Assembly (NCBI RefSeq): GCF_018977255.1
Contig: NW_024704743.1
Coordinates: 87,112,001 to 87,176,000, forward strand
Direction: 5' to 3'
Source: Callorhinchus milii
Taxonomy: Eukaryota
DNA: 64,000 bases
In this document: one piece after another, positions 49,801 to 62,360 of the stretch
How positions within the stretch are numbered: the first letter of the stretch is position 1
How the letters are laid out: each line of letters starts with the position of its first letter
Position numbers and translations under genes: made by a program
The notes under the pieces: generated by a model
What the model was told of the DNA's origin: nothing
Database searches by the model: none
What the model saw: only the letters and a program-made list of their open reading frames with translations

Positions 49801-50511
49801 TACGGCACTACCTCACCCCTCACGCTGCTGAAACCCTGGTTCACGCCTTTGTCACCTCAAGGCTGGACTATGGGAACTCTCTCCTCGCCGGCCTTCCCGC
49901 CACCTCCCTCCACAAGCTGCAGGTCATTCAGAACTCTGCAGCTCGTGTACTGTCCCGCACCAGGCTTCGGGACCACATCACTCCCACCCTCGCTCGCCTC
50001 CACTGGCTCCCCATCCCCCAGAGGATTGATTTCAAGATCCTCATCCTCACCTACAAGGCCATTCACGGCCTTGCTCCCTCCTACCTCTCCAACCTACTAT
50101 CCCCCTACCTACCTGCCCGTACCCTCCGTTCCTCTGGCTCCGGTCTGCTCCACGTCCCCCACCCCAACCGCCCTACCATCGGTGGTCGGGCCTTCAGCCT
50201 CTCAGCCCCAGGCTCTGGAACTCCATCCCCCAGTGCCTTCGCCGCTTCCTCCCTTTCCTCCTTCAAGGCCGGTCTCAAAACCTTTCTCTTTGACCGTGCC
50301 TTCAGCTCCCCTCTCGACTCTCTTCCTCCTCCTCGCTCCCTCCCTTCCCTCCCCTCACCCTGACCATTTCCCCCCTCCTCTCTCCCTCCCTTCCCTCCCC
50401 TCACCCTGACCATTTCCCCCCTGCTCGGGTCATGACCCAACTGTGCAGCGCCTTGGGACGTCCTCCTGACGTGAAAGGCGCTCTATAAATGGAATCTTGT
50501 TGTTGTTGTTG
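46803..50511 (+). mobile_element. near full-length L2-clade LINE (single APE+RT ORF)
   Basis: CpG-rich 5' region; APE motifs (QNVRSL, LTETW, GGGVAL, YRPP, GDFN, LDLV, SDH); RT motifs ([29 protein letters not shown]); 3' stem-loop and (TTG)n tail; 5' boundary approximate. Confidence 0.95.
47107..50363 (+). pseudogene. L2 endonuclease/reverse transcriptase ORF with a frameshift near 48120-48142
   Basis: ATG in ACTATGG context at 47107; EN frame (ORF 47098-48189) shifts to the RT frame ([11 protein letters not shown]... continuing into ORF 48198-50363). Confidence 0.88.
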
Positions 50512-50929
50512 AAAAATGAACATATTCTTAATCTCTCGTTTTGTTTGCGACATATTCATTTTCAAACTTTTTTTCTCTGATTCTGTGCTCATAGTCCTAG
50601 TCAAACCGTCCGCCGTACCTGAGTCTCTTGTTGTTTCTGCGAGGCTGAACTCGAGCCAAAGGGAGCCTGGGAGGTGATTGGCAACCCAGCTGTGTTCCAG
50701 ATAGTTTGCCTGAGACTCATCTGGGTACCTGCAGGGTGAAACTATTTAAAATTATTTTGCATATTGCCTGAATTAGACAAATCCTAAAATCCAAAAATAG
50801 CTTCATTACAGGCAAATTTGAATTAGCTTTATTGATTGTAGCTTTCTCATGCATTGCACATCCTGCACTTGTGACAGGTGGTTTCTTGTAGCCCCATGGG
50901 TTTCCTTTGCTCTGGTGTTTAGGCTTAAA

Positions 50930-51495
50930 TTTTTTTTGTACAAAATATATATGTATTTGTTGATATATATTTATACTTTTCTCAGACAGTATCGAACCCA
51001 TTACAGAAACAAAGACACAGCAAAAAAAACAGACCCGGCCCCCTGTGGCGGGTGGGGTGCCCTCTGTGCACTCCACTTTGGTGGAGGGACCAAGGCTTCC
51101 CTGCCTCGTGGTTCTGCCGCTGTTTGCCGTTACAAATGGGGTCTTGTACCCCCTACCTCCCTATCCCTCCCCTCTTCATGGGGAGCATGGACAGGTTCAC
51201 AGCAAACAGAATGTGCACACATTTTTTGGGACGCTCCCTTTAAGACGGTCGGGAGTCGCCCCTGTGTGCACTACATCCATGTGCACACCCACACACACCC
51301 TGATAAGGTGCACTTGCTGCTTTTGGATGGTGTCCCGATGTGCACCGTACGCTCACATGTTTACCCAAACACACGCCCTGAAACCTCGCAAACATAAACC
51401 CATACACTATATACCTGGCCAGTCCCATCCCTGTCACTGCGGTGTTCCTGCCAGGAATCTGTTCCCCTTTTTCTACAAGAGCAGTTACACGGGTG
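50930..51495 (-). repeat. unclassified ~560 bp A-tailed interspersed repeat, copy 2 (partial related copy at 27700-27956)
   Basis: shared blocks such as ctccactttggtggagggaccaaggcttccc and gtgcacacattttttgggac. Confidence 0.8.
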
Positions 51496-54400
51496 GGCTA
51501 GTCCCAGCTCTGCTGTCATTTTACAGGATGCTGACTTTTAATTCTGGGAAATCCCTTTTCAGTTACACTAAGCAAACATATTTTATAAGTTGGAGTGCAG
51601 TTCCAAACATCACTGTCAGCCAGCCTTCTTTTACTTCTGTTGAGTCTCAACAAGTCATTCAACCATAAGAGGCATCATAACTTTGCCATATTACATAGTC
51701 CACCCAACATCTGCACATGTGAACTTCAACAGAGGTCAAGTATTGTAATAAAAACAAAGAAACCTGCTCAGTGGATTCCTGCAGAAAGTGATGAAACTCT
51801 GAGCCATACAGACAACAAAGAACTTGCATTTTTATGGCCCTTTATCAGAAGGAAAGATCACTTTTAACAATCACAAGAAAGGTCCCAGGTTCTTCTTTCT
51901 TCTGACTGATTGTTCAACTCTAACTTCTTGCCAACTGTTCCCCCAGCTACGATCTTGGGGATTGCTGGCCAGGATACTGGGAGAAATTCCCTTCTCTTTT
52001 CGATCAGTGCCACAGGATCATTCATGTCCACCTGAACAGTCAGACAGTTTAACATCTCTTCCAAAACATGGCACCTCTGACAATGCAGCTTTTCCCAGCA
52101 TTGCACTGATTTATCAGGCTAAACTATGAGCTCAACTCCCAAAGGGAGCTTTAACCCACAATATTCTGACTCAGAGACAAGAGCGCTACAAATTGAAGTG
52201 GGCTAACACCCAATCTACCCCATTCCCTGCTCATCCCCTTTGCTCAGCTAACGGGCTTGTTGAGTATTACTCGCCATCTCCTCATCAGCATCAAGGGCTG
52301 AACCTTCAAATACTCTGCCCCCTGGCCTCTAGAACTCCCTCCCTCTACCCCTAAACCTTGCCTCATTGATGTTGAGGTAATGATGATTGATATGCTATGG
52401 ATTTCCATGACTTGTCTGATTCTAACTATTATTCCATCACTTATATAAACTTGTTGTGAACATGTGCAGATGCTGCATGATGGCACTGATGAAGGGCACA
52501 TGTGTCATTACAAAAAAAATGCTGTTATTTTTGGAAAATTACACTTGAAATCTTTCGACCCCAATTTATCTTACAGTCCTTTTCAGTTCAATGAGGTAAG
52601 CCTGAAGGTAAATGATCAATTCTTTTTCCAGGCTGCAGTATGGACTATTAAACATTTGTGTAGGGAATTTGTTATTTTCAGTTATTAAATGAACCGTTGG
52701 CTCAAAGGCATTTATTCCAGCTGATGAATTCTTTTGAATCAGTAAACAGGCCCGCTGATTTGCATGCAGTGATCCTTTAGGGTGTAATAACCTCTTTAAA
52801 TGATACAAAACTGATGCAGTCAGACACTGATCCTGGCCTTACATAATCTCGTTGAACAACTTTCTTGAAATTTTTAATGAAGCAGCACATATCAAGACCC
52901 TCCTCTTCAACCGCACTTTCGGCCGCCCTCCTTGCCCTCCATCCTCCCTGTTCCCAATCCCCCTGCTCGGACCCAATCCCTGAATGTCAAGTGCCTTGGG
53001 ACATCCTCCTGATGTGAAAAGCGCTATGTAAATGTAGCTTTGTATTGTATTGATTGAAAACTGACAACAACTCACATGAATCCAGCAAAACTCAACTTGT
53101 GGTCAGGCAAACAGAAAGTAGAATACTCATTTCCTAAATGTGGTTAACTCACCAAGTAGTTCCTACAATGTGATGGCTGTGGAATAGAAACAAAAAGCCT
53201 GGTGTATTTTCAAAGTTGAATACTTACACAAAATGTGAAATTTATTGCAACTGTGCATACATACATCCCTTTGCATCCCTAAGTATTCATTTTAGAGAAA
53301 AATATTTGTCGTTTAAAATTCTCAGAAACTAACCAGGTAAAATTATGTCCTTCGCTGAAGAAAAATGAATGCAAAGGGATGCAATACATCCAATAGAAAA
53401 AATCTCAACAAAAATATTTACTGTCTTTTAATTTGAGTGATGTCTATTCTGCGAAATGCCAAAAGTCTGGAGCTTTCTGCTTTCACTGGACAAATAGAAT
53501 AGAAGAGGCCATACAGATTTAGTGCAATTTATTTTCTGGATAAAAACATATTTCATTAATGTAAATCATATTTTCATTAATGTAAAGCTTATTTTCATTA
53601 ATGGATAGTGCAAGATCATTTATACACGATTAAAAGTTAAGAAACTTTAGTTTTTAGTCTGCAATCAAAGAACACATTTTAAAAATCACCATAAAACATC
53701 TGCCTGAGATTTCAACAACATATACTAACCGTTTAAGAGCACTGCTGCCATTTCTGATTCTGAAAATCTGGACATTTTCTCCTGCTAAATATTTATTTTA
53801 ACAAGTCTAATATTTATGTGAGGGACAAAAAGTCCAGAATTTTTATTTTGAATTTCACATGAAGTAATATAGTAATCCTTGCATTTGATATCTGATGTAA
53901 GAGTGTTTGTGTGCTGATCTTGTACACTATTATTTCCAGCTATTTTGCGTGTTAACTCATTGCTGCGGTGATGCAATGCAGTTGTTGTGTGATGGATAGA
54001 TGTGCTCCCATGAAATAGTTATTCAAATCAGCATATACTGATCAATATAACCTTCAATATTGATCCCAATCAAATACTTACCCGGCTATACTTTGAAGGA
54101 GTCAATCAATGCAATTACCATTTTGTTGGAGGAATGCTGCATTGTCAAAGATGCTGTCCTTCGGATGGACATTAAGCCATAGTCCTGTTTGCCTCTTTAG
54201 GTGGATATGAAAGATCCAATGGCTTAATTTATGGGACAATGCTGTGTGTAACTCAGCTGCTGCCTTTGCCTACAAAATACACAGTCAATACATTTCACAG
54301 TGAAACCCTGTGAAGCACTTTGATATGTTACATGTGACGTGATAAGGTATTATATCAAGTGCAAGGATTATTATTGCTTTGTGTCTGGCAAATAGTATTA

Positions 54401-55574
54401 CTAAAGTTGTTGAAGTGGTAAAAATGCTTCGTGGTAAAAATGAAGTGGTAATGCAACAAAAAGTCTTAATTGCTAAAGCCATCAACCACAGGGAAATTGA
54501 ACCACACTCATTGCATCATTTATTGATGGCTGAAAAGCTGTTGGGAGTAGAAGAGCAGCCATCTGATGTCTTGGTAGCTGATGCAAATGACCTAGCAGCA
54601 CCGAAAGATAAAAGTGAGGAGAAATTTCAAGGATAGTTACATGTCATTAAACAGTCAGCGCCACTCACTCTTACTCTTTTAAAAATGAGGCTTTGTTTTG
54701 TTTTACTTACGCAATTCTTGTTTTATTTTTGACTACATCTGAGGATACCTCATCACATTTGTTTTATTTATGTGTGACGCATTTTAGTGATTGTCTCCAA
54801 ATATTCAAATGTTTTTTGTCCAACAATGAAAAACACAACAAAGGATCTGCTGCAACTAGTATTGGAATATCTAAGAAGATGAGAGAATCACACATGTATA
54901 TGTAACATTTTAATTTAATCCAATAAAAATACATCATTTTCAGTCACACTTGTGTGAATTATTGTCAATCAAATTGGAAAATCCTACGTTTATTTAAGAA
55001 TAATGGTTGCATTTTATATAGCATGTTTTACATTAGGAGAACGTCTCAAACCAATTCACAGAATTTATTATAAAGTGTATTGAGTGTGTATTTTGTAGGC
55101 AAATGCAGCAAACAATTTGCACACAGCCAGATCCCAGAAACTGATCTGTTTGGATTTCATTTGAAAATTTTACATTGCATCTTTCTCAGGCATGCAGCTT
55201 ACTTCTTATGAACACTATTTGTGCTTATACTTGACTCTTGAATCTGGGTTCAAGCATTTAAAGACCCACTCACCAGTTCTGAAAGCTGCTTCACTTTAAT
55301 TATAAAAGTGATAGAGGCACTAGGTGGCACAGTTGTTCAGAGCACAGTCCTTTCACCCGAGGGAAGTCTATTCTTCTGTTGCTTGTAATGATTCTGATTA
55401 AATGAACTTGTGCAATTTTAATTTATTTTCTATAGGCACCAGATCACAGCAAAAACCTGCCTAATTATTACTGATTGGTAATAACTTGACAATCTCACAC
55501 TTTGATGACATTTGGCTGTCACATTTACTATCGCAGAGGGGAGCAAGTTTTAAAATGACTGTCTTGGGGCAGCC

Positions 55575-55950
55575 TTGATGGTGCAGTAAAAAGAGCCTAC
55601 GTTTACAGACACAGACCGAGAGCTCACTGGTTCAAATCCTAGTCCATGCTAGCCTCATCCTAGGCCTCATGGGGAGGTTACATTGGCCCCATCCTTCCTA
55701 TATTAGGGAAGGGAAACCCATCCACAGGGTTCCTGCTTATGGTCCCTCTAGCATACCCTTTATTGGTAGTCCATGTGTGTGTAAGCCGAGTGAGGAGAAG
55801 TATGACAGGTACAGGTATGACACCCTCTACAGTCAAATGGCCCGATAACACTTATAGCCAAGGTTCACATAAGAACAATAGTTTCTTTGGCAGGGTACTG
55901 GAGGGCAGCCAGTACCTGTAGAATCCCCCCACGCCCCCCAGCAAGAGAAA
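55575..55950 (+). mobile_element. old SINE-like family C; related copies near 215-530 and 13960-14330 (+), 17885-18190 and 32335-32500 (-)
   Basis: shared gggaaa(a)cca..cagggttcctgct and ctcacat..aagaa....cttgg...ggta.tggagg motifs; ggttcaaatcc B-box. Confidence 0.6.
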
Positions 55951-56180
55951 CTGAGAGGCATACAATTCTAATAGAATACGCCGTAAAGTGAATTTACTAT
56001 ATTTACCAGGCAAAATGTGGCAACCAATTGCACACAGCAGAGTCTCTCAAACAGTCGTGGGTTGAGTGACCAAATTATTATTATTAAAAAAAATGTTTTG
56101 AAGGGATTATTACCCTTGGAAAAGTGATCCACCAATAGGAATAGGTGTAGACAAAGAACATTATATCATGTTTTGTTTCT

Positions 56181-56317
56181 TCACCTACCTTTGGTGATCA
56201 GGGAGTATCTCTACAGAACGTTTCCTCACCTACCTTTGGTGATCAGGGAATATCTCTGCAGAAAGTTTCCTCAACTACCTTTGGTGATCAGGGAGTAACT
56301 CTACAGAATGTTCCTCA
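56181..56317. repeat. 45 bp tandem repeat x3
   Basis: tcacctacctttggtgatcagggagtatctctacagaacgtttcc starting at 56181, 56226 and 56271. Confidence 0.95.
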
Positions 56318-57722
56318 GGAGATAATAATAATATTCTTACATTTGGTCTAGTACCTTATCACATTTTCGAGACATCTCAAAGTGCTTCATAGGATTTTAA
56401 TGTGAAGTGTAGTAACTGTATTTGTAGGCAAACACAGCAAACAATTTGTGCACAGGAATGTCCCACAGCCGACAAAGAGCCATTAAGTGAATGACCAATT
56501 GTTTTGGGAGATTGTTAGCCAGGACACTAGAAGAAATTCCCTTTTTGAATAGTGCTATGAGATCTTTAATGCTTGTGATAGACCAGCTTGCCTCATTCAG
56601 GAACCAAATGTCAGTTCATACCAAGGAGACCAAGTTTACTTCTCCCTCTCCACCTTCCAATAGGACAGTCACAAGTTGGTCCTATGATATCTGAAAGTAC
56701 AGGTTTGATCTCTCATGATTTAGTGGTTGCCAGGAAAGGTGACTGAGTCAAATATGGCAATTACAGACACATTTGCCTTTCCTCATGTTAAGAAAAACAA
56801 AAACCTTTTTGAGTTCCAATCAAACACAGCCACTGTTTGCAACAAGAGTGGTGTTTATTAAACTCCAGGATCCGTCCAAGTTCCCGATGGGCGTGGGCAA
56901 GTAAGCACAATCAATCAAGTCACTAACAGAACAATACTACCGCTTAATCCCTCCGCGTGGTCATCTACTTCTGACTTCTAGCTCTCAGTCTTCCATCCAC
57001 GATAGGTACTGTCCTGGGCGCACCGATCTTGGTCTGGCACGGTGTCTTAAGCTTGTGTCCATCCAATCATGGTGCGGACACTAGGTCACCTGGCCAAAAT
57101 CGTGCTGGGTTCACGTGAACACCTCATAGGGTGTACGTGCCTCAGCACACATACACATTGTCCTTAAGACCCCTGTTATCTGATGCTCGTTATTTTGTTA
57201 GGTGGGATCATTAGTACATTCCTTCTAAGTGACTGGTTATTTCTTATCAGTATCCCAGGATGGTACCAAGGTCCTCTAGTTTAAGCAACTTGCTCATTAG
57301 TTGCTATTCTTGAGGGTTGCCTTCTGTCGCTTGGCAGGCCTTGTCAGAATCTAGTGACTTATTGCTCAGTCGAGATCCTGTGTCGACTGGTACCTTGGAC
57401 CGTTACCTCTGTGGGCTTGTTGTCATTTACTGATAAGAGGTGACCCCCTGCCCCTGTCCCTTATTCTTTCAAAAACAGAGAAAACCAGATGTGTCCTATC
57501 CCATGACTGTCAGTCCAGTTGCCCCCCACACTTAACTTAAAAGTTAACCCGTTCGCAACATCTATTATGATTCTAACATTATACAAAAACTGTAAATTCT
57601 AACACTCAATAATTGGAGAACTAATAGAATCAATTATTAAGTGCAAAATTTAATTTAGCCTTGTAATTTGAAAGGTTAATTAATCCATGATGCTCCAGTC
57701 TTGTGATCCATCCTTATCCGAT

Positions 57723-58027
57723 GTCCTGTAGCTCAGTAGTTAGAGCACTCGCCTTGCAAGTGAGCCAGGCAGGACAAAACCTTGGGCAAGTTTCCTTACT
57801 CCACACGCCTTATAATAATCCCTCCAAAAAACAAAACAATAATAAATTGGCCATTTTCAATCCACAGCTGTTTGTGGGACACCGCTGTGCACAATTGGCT
57901 GCCACATTTCGCCCACAAATATACAGTCAATTCACTTTACAGCATAATTCTGTGAAGCACTTTGAGACGTCTAGAAGACATGAAAAGCGCTATATCAAAT
58001 GCAAGGATTATTGTTATGATTATTATT
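57723..58027 (+). mobile_element. SINE family A, short form, B-box deleted
   Basis: head lacks the GGTTCAATT segment; body and tail intact. Confidence 0.9.
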
Positions 58028-58698
58028 AATAAAATGGAAGATTAAGTGTATGAAAATAGCCTTATAAATGACATCCAGCACCTAATCAGAAGGGATAGAT
58101 CTTATTTGATCAACCAAAAAAAAATTGGGGAGGTGACATCCCAAATGACTGTGGGAAGCTATATTTTGTAATATACCAAGATTACCCAAAATCTTTGACA
58201 AAATATTATATGATAGCCTCCTTTACAGACTAATATCACTCTATATCAAAGGTAAGATATGGACATAGATCAATAACTGATTAAAGGGTAAGCAGCAAAG
58301 GGTAGTTGTTAGAAGAGCTTAATCCAATTAGGAGCAGAGTTAAATGAGGTTCTTCAAGAATCCTGTCAGGGAACTCCTGTTCCTTGTATTCATTAAAGAT
58401 CTGGATAATCAGACTTCAGTACACAGTAGTTTCATTTGCAGATGTCACCAAGTTAGGAGAAGTAAGGAATCAAAGGAGGCAGTTAAGATCTTTTATAGGA
58501 AACTCAGTAGGTTATTCACCTGGGTTATTCACCTATTCACTGTCAAAGTTAGCTCAATAGAGATGAATGCAATGTACTGCCATTACTATTTTCAAAGAAA
58601 CTTGAAGTCTTCTGATCATTGCATTTAATAGCACTTTCATATTAGGAAGATATCTAAAATTGCTTGTCAGGATTTGCTGTAAAGTGCAATGACTGTAG

Positions 58699-58930
58699 TC
58701 TGGAATTCCATCCCCCAATCACTCCGCCTCACCCTCTCCTTAGCCTCCTTCAAGTCCCGCCTCAAGACCTTCCTCTTCGACCATGCCATCAGCCACCCCT
58801 CTTCCCCACCCCTCCCTTATCCCTCCCAACCCCAGCTTGTGTCTGAAATGCTGTACTCTGTTCAGTGCCTTGGGACGTCCTCCTCCTCCCGACATGAAAG
58901 GCGCTATACAAATGTAATGTTGTTGTTGTT
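58699..58930 (+). mobile_element. L2 3' end
   Basis: WNSIPQSLRLTLSLASFKSRLKTFLFD, then stem-loop and (TTG)n tail. Confidence 0.85.
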
Positions 58931-61221
58931 TATAGGTGAACAATATAGCAAAATAACACTGCATACAGCTGTGTCTCACAAACAGCCACAAATTAAAAGA
59001 ACCAATTTTATTTGAGGGATTATTGGCCAGGACACCATGTGAAAACCTCCCTTCTCTTTTTCAATATTGTCATGAACAGTCAGACAGAGGATGGATTTAA
59101 CATTTCATTCAAAGGACGGCACCTCCAACAATGTAACACCCCCCAGTATTGTAATGCAGTGTCAGCTTAGGCTTTGAGTTTAAAGATCCACAAGGGCTAC
59201 CAACCTAGCTTGCCTGACACTTCTTCAGGTTATGCTGCTTTATAACCTCCCAATTATTCAAATTCAACCCCCAAATTCTAATTAATCGTAGTACGTAAAT
59301 TAGCTGCCTTGCTCGTCCACTCCACTTTATAGTATATCCTGTGAAGCACTTTGGGACATCTTCCTGTGGTCAAAGGCTTTAAATCACATGGAAGTATTCT
59401 TATTATTTATGGGACATGGCTGGTGCAGATTGGCTGCAGGTTTCCATATACAACATTTATTTCCTTACCAATCAATTACATTTTGAAACAGCTTTGAGGT
59501 ATTGATTTTTATGCAAAAGGTTCTATATAAATGCAAGTTGTTATCATGTTTTCTTTATTTATATGGAAAGTGCAGGAGGCACATGTTCTTCATGGCAGGG
59601 TGAAACTTGGCAAAGGGGGAAGTTTTTCCTTGTGTTGTAATTGCTGAAGGAAGCATTTGACCTTTTTCTCACTGTCTCACACTAGTTTACGTTACATGAT
59701 CGGTTTCAGGTTTGTAAACCCCACCTCAGTAATTAAAATGGGGATAATAATGCCTTCTACCTCATCTGCTCTCACTGTTACATGAATCAGCGGATACAAG
59801 ATAAATACCCCCTGTATGTGGTAACACATCCAGGAACAACAGGAACAACAGAATTTGATCAGCAACAGTAGCTTCTCCCTTAAGCAGTACATGTGTCAGA
59901 TGGTATCAAATTACAGTCCAATGGGCACGCTGTGTTGCACAGTGAAGCAAAAAGTAGGCCGGATGAGCCTGTACACATGAACCTGAGCTAAATCATTTTG
60001 TTTCCCAGTTGGAACAAAGCTGGCACGAGGAGGAGGACACTTGTCAGGGATCAGCAACCAAGTGAAAACTTTAGTTCAGTCTGTTCTCAATTTGCTTCCT
60101 CGATAAACAAGACCTTGGGCCGTCCTGATAAATTGTGACTGTGTCTCTTCCTCAGTGCCAGTGTAAAAACTCTACTCGGTTACAATTAACGTCCTCACCA
60201 AGGTATTGTACCCACATTAAGGAAAATACTAATAATAACCTTGCTTTGATATAACACTTCACAGAATATACAGTAAAGTGGATTGACTGTATATTTCATG
60301 GGCAAAAAACCTGAAGATGAATTGGTTACTCTCAGGTTCTGTTTAAATAAAAATGTTGTGTCCTGCTAGCGGGCAATTGAAGACAGTTGAAGAAATGAGC
60401 CGAATACTGCTGGCCAGTTTATAGATGTTACCATTGAGAATGGTGTCAGGGGTCTGCTTCGAGCACATAAAGTGGGTGCACCTGATCCGGTCAGCTCACG
60501 ATCTTGTCTGAAAAGGGAAGCTAAGAACATGATCACCTCTAAAACTCACGCCATCCTGATTTTGATTTCTGTCACTGTTCCTTCATCATCACTGGAGGAA
60601 AATCCTGAAACTCCCTACACATCATCTGTGGCTGAAACCGAAACACTGATATATTTAAGAGAAAACTTGATGGATATATGGGAGAGAAGGAAATGAAGTG
60701 GGTATAGGAGAGGAGAGGAGAATAGGAGAGGTGGTGGCTCATGTTAACTTTAAACACTGCCATGAAGTAGTTTGACCAAATGGCCTATTTCTATTCTATA
60801 TCTGACCGTGTTTTTTTGCCAAGAAACTTGCAAAATTGTTGGCAATTGGCATACTCACTATCTCAGGTTGCAGTCTGAACTTGCTTTGTCATAATCGAAC
60901 ATTCAGCCAGCGAAATTAGAAGCAAGAGGTGCCATGAAAATCCATTTGAATGGGTGCATTAGAAAGTAATTACAATATGATCATGGAGTCGCTGTAAGAG
61001 ACATTTTTATTAAAAGCATATAGAATGTCAGACATTCATTAAAATGATTCCAATACTGAAATATATGAAATGAAAATGCAAAAATTATATTTCATCATTT
61101 CATGGTTCAGTCTCCAGGATTATTTTTCGCAGTATTGTTGTTAAGAATAGAAAACTTCAGAATTCTGTCACGAAAAATTAATGAATTTTGCTGCATTTAT
61201 CTGTACAGCACCTATACTTGT

Positions 61222-61579
61222 GGAGTCCTATAGTAGCTCAGTGCTTAGAGGACTTGCCTCACAAGTGAGAGACCTGGGTTCAATTCCAGTGGGGTGAAAT
61301 GTTGGACAAGTTTCTTTACTCCACACACCTCTGTTTACCTAGCAGTAAGTAGGAACCCGGTTGTTAGATGATTGGCGGATCATTTTTCCAGGGGTAATAA
61401 TTCCTTAAAAAAAATTGGTCCCTTCAATCAACAATTGTTTGTGGGACACTGCTGTGCACAATTGGCTGCCGTATTTCACCCACAAAATATACAGTCAATT
61501 CACTTCATAGTATATTCTGTGAAGCGCTTTGAGACGTCTCGAAGATGTGATAAGGGGTTATATCAAACGCAAGGATTAA
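61222..61579 (+). mobile_element. SINE family A, long form
   Basis: head, central ctgtttacctagcagtaagtagg segment, tail. Confidence 0.92.
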
Positions 61580-61589
61580 CAATGATAAC

Positions 61590-62360
61590 AAATCACATTT
61601 GTATAGTGCCTTTCACATCAGGAGGACATCCCAAGGTGCTGGACAGTTTGAACCCAAATTGGACCCGAATTGTAGGTTGGGATCAGGAGGAGTGTAGGAC
61701 AGAGAGGGTAGGGGTAGGAGGATGACCAATGGCACAGTCAAGGAGGAGGATCTTGAGACAGACCTTGAAGGAGGCAAAGGAGAGAGCGAGGTGAAGGGAC
61801 TGTAGGATGGAGTTCCAAAGAGTGGTGGCAGAGAGGCTGAAGGTCCAAACACCAATGGTGAGGCGGGCCGGGCTGGGCAGGGGACATGGAGCAGGCCGGA
61901 GCTCACCAAGCAGAGGGAGCGAACAGGTTGATATGGAGTTAGCAGGTCAAAAGGTAGGGAGGAACAAGGCCATGGAGGCCTTTGAAGGCAAAGATACAAA
62001 TTTTGAACTCTATCCTTTGCGGGTTGGGGAGCTAGTGGAACCAGCCGAGGATGGGGTTGATAGGGTCACAGTGAGGACACGACCTGCAGAGTTCTGGATG
62101 ATCTGCATCTCGTGGAGAGAAGAGGTGAGAAGATTGACGAGCAGGGAGTTAGCGTAGTCAAGCCTAGATGTGATGAATGCGTGGATGAAAGTCTCGGCAG
62201 CCTGAAGGGAGAGGCAATGTCTCTGGGTCGGAATGTGACCAAAGGCCCAGTCAAAGAGGAGGATCTTGAGACAGGTCTTGAAGGAGGCAAAGGAAGTACC
62301 GAGGCAAAGGATCTGTGGGATGGAGTTCCAAAGGGTGGAGGCAGAAGGCTGAAGGCCCAA
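61590..62360 (-). mobile_element. rearranged L2 3' fragments
   Basis: FITSRLDYANSLL and LWNSIP peptides; L2 3' tail near 61590-61640. Confidence 0.85.

Noticed and set aside
54379..54636. 85-aa + strand ORF, and a possible - strand exon starting near 54591
   Set aside because: ORF begins in a SINE tail; no motif or convincing splice partner in either orientation
55315..55490. Possible LF-SINE-like remnant
   Set aside because: Only scattered short matches from memory; not supportable without an alignment
60360..60900. Minus-strand donor/acceptor-like sites around a GVSGFSSSDDEG frame
   Set aside because: Would need a ~42 nt intron or contain stops; no coherent exon chain could be built
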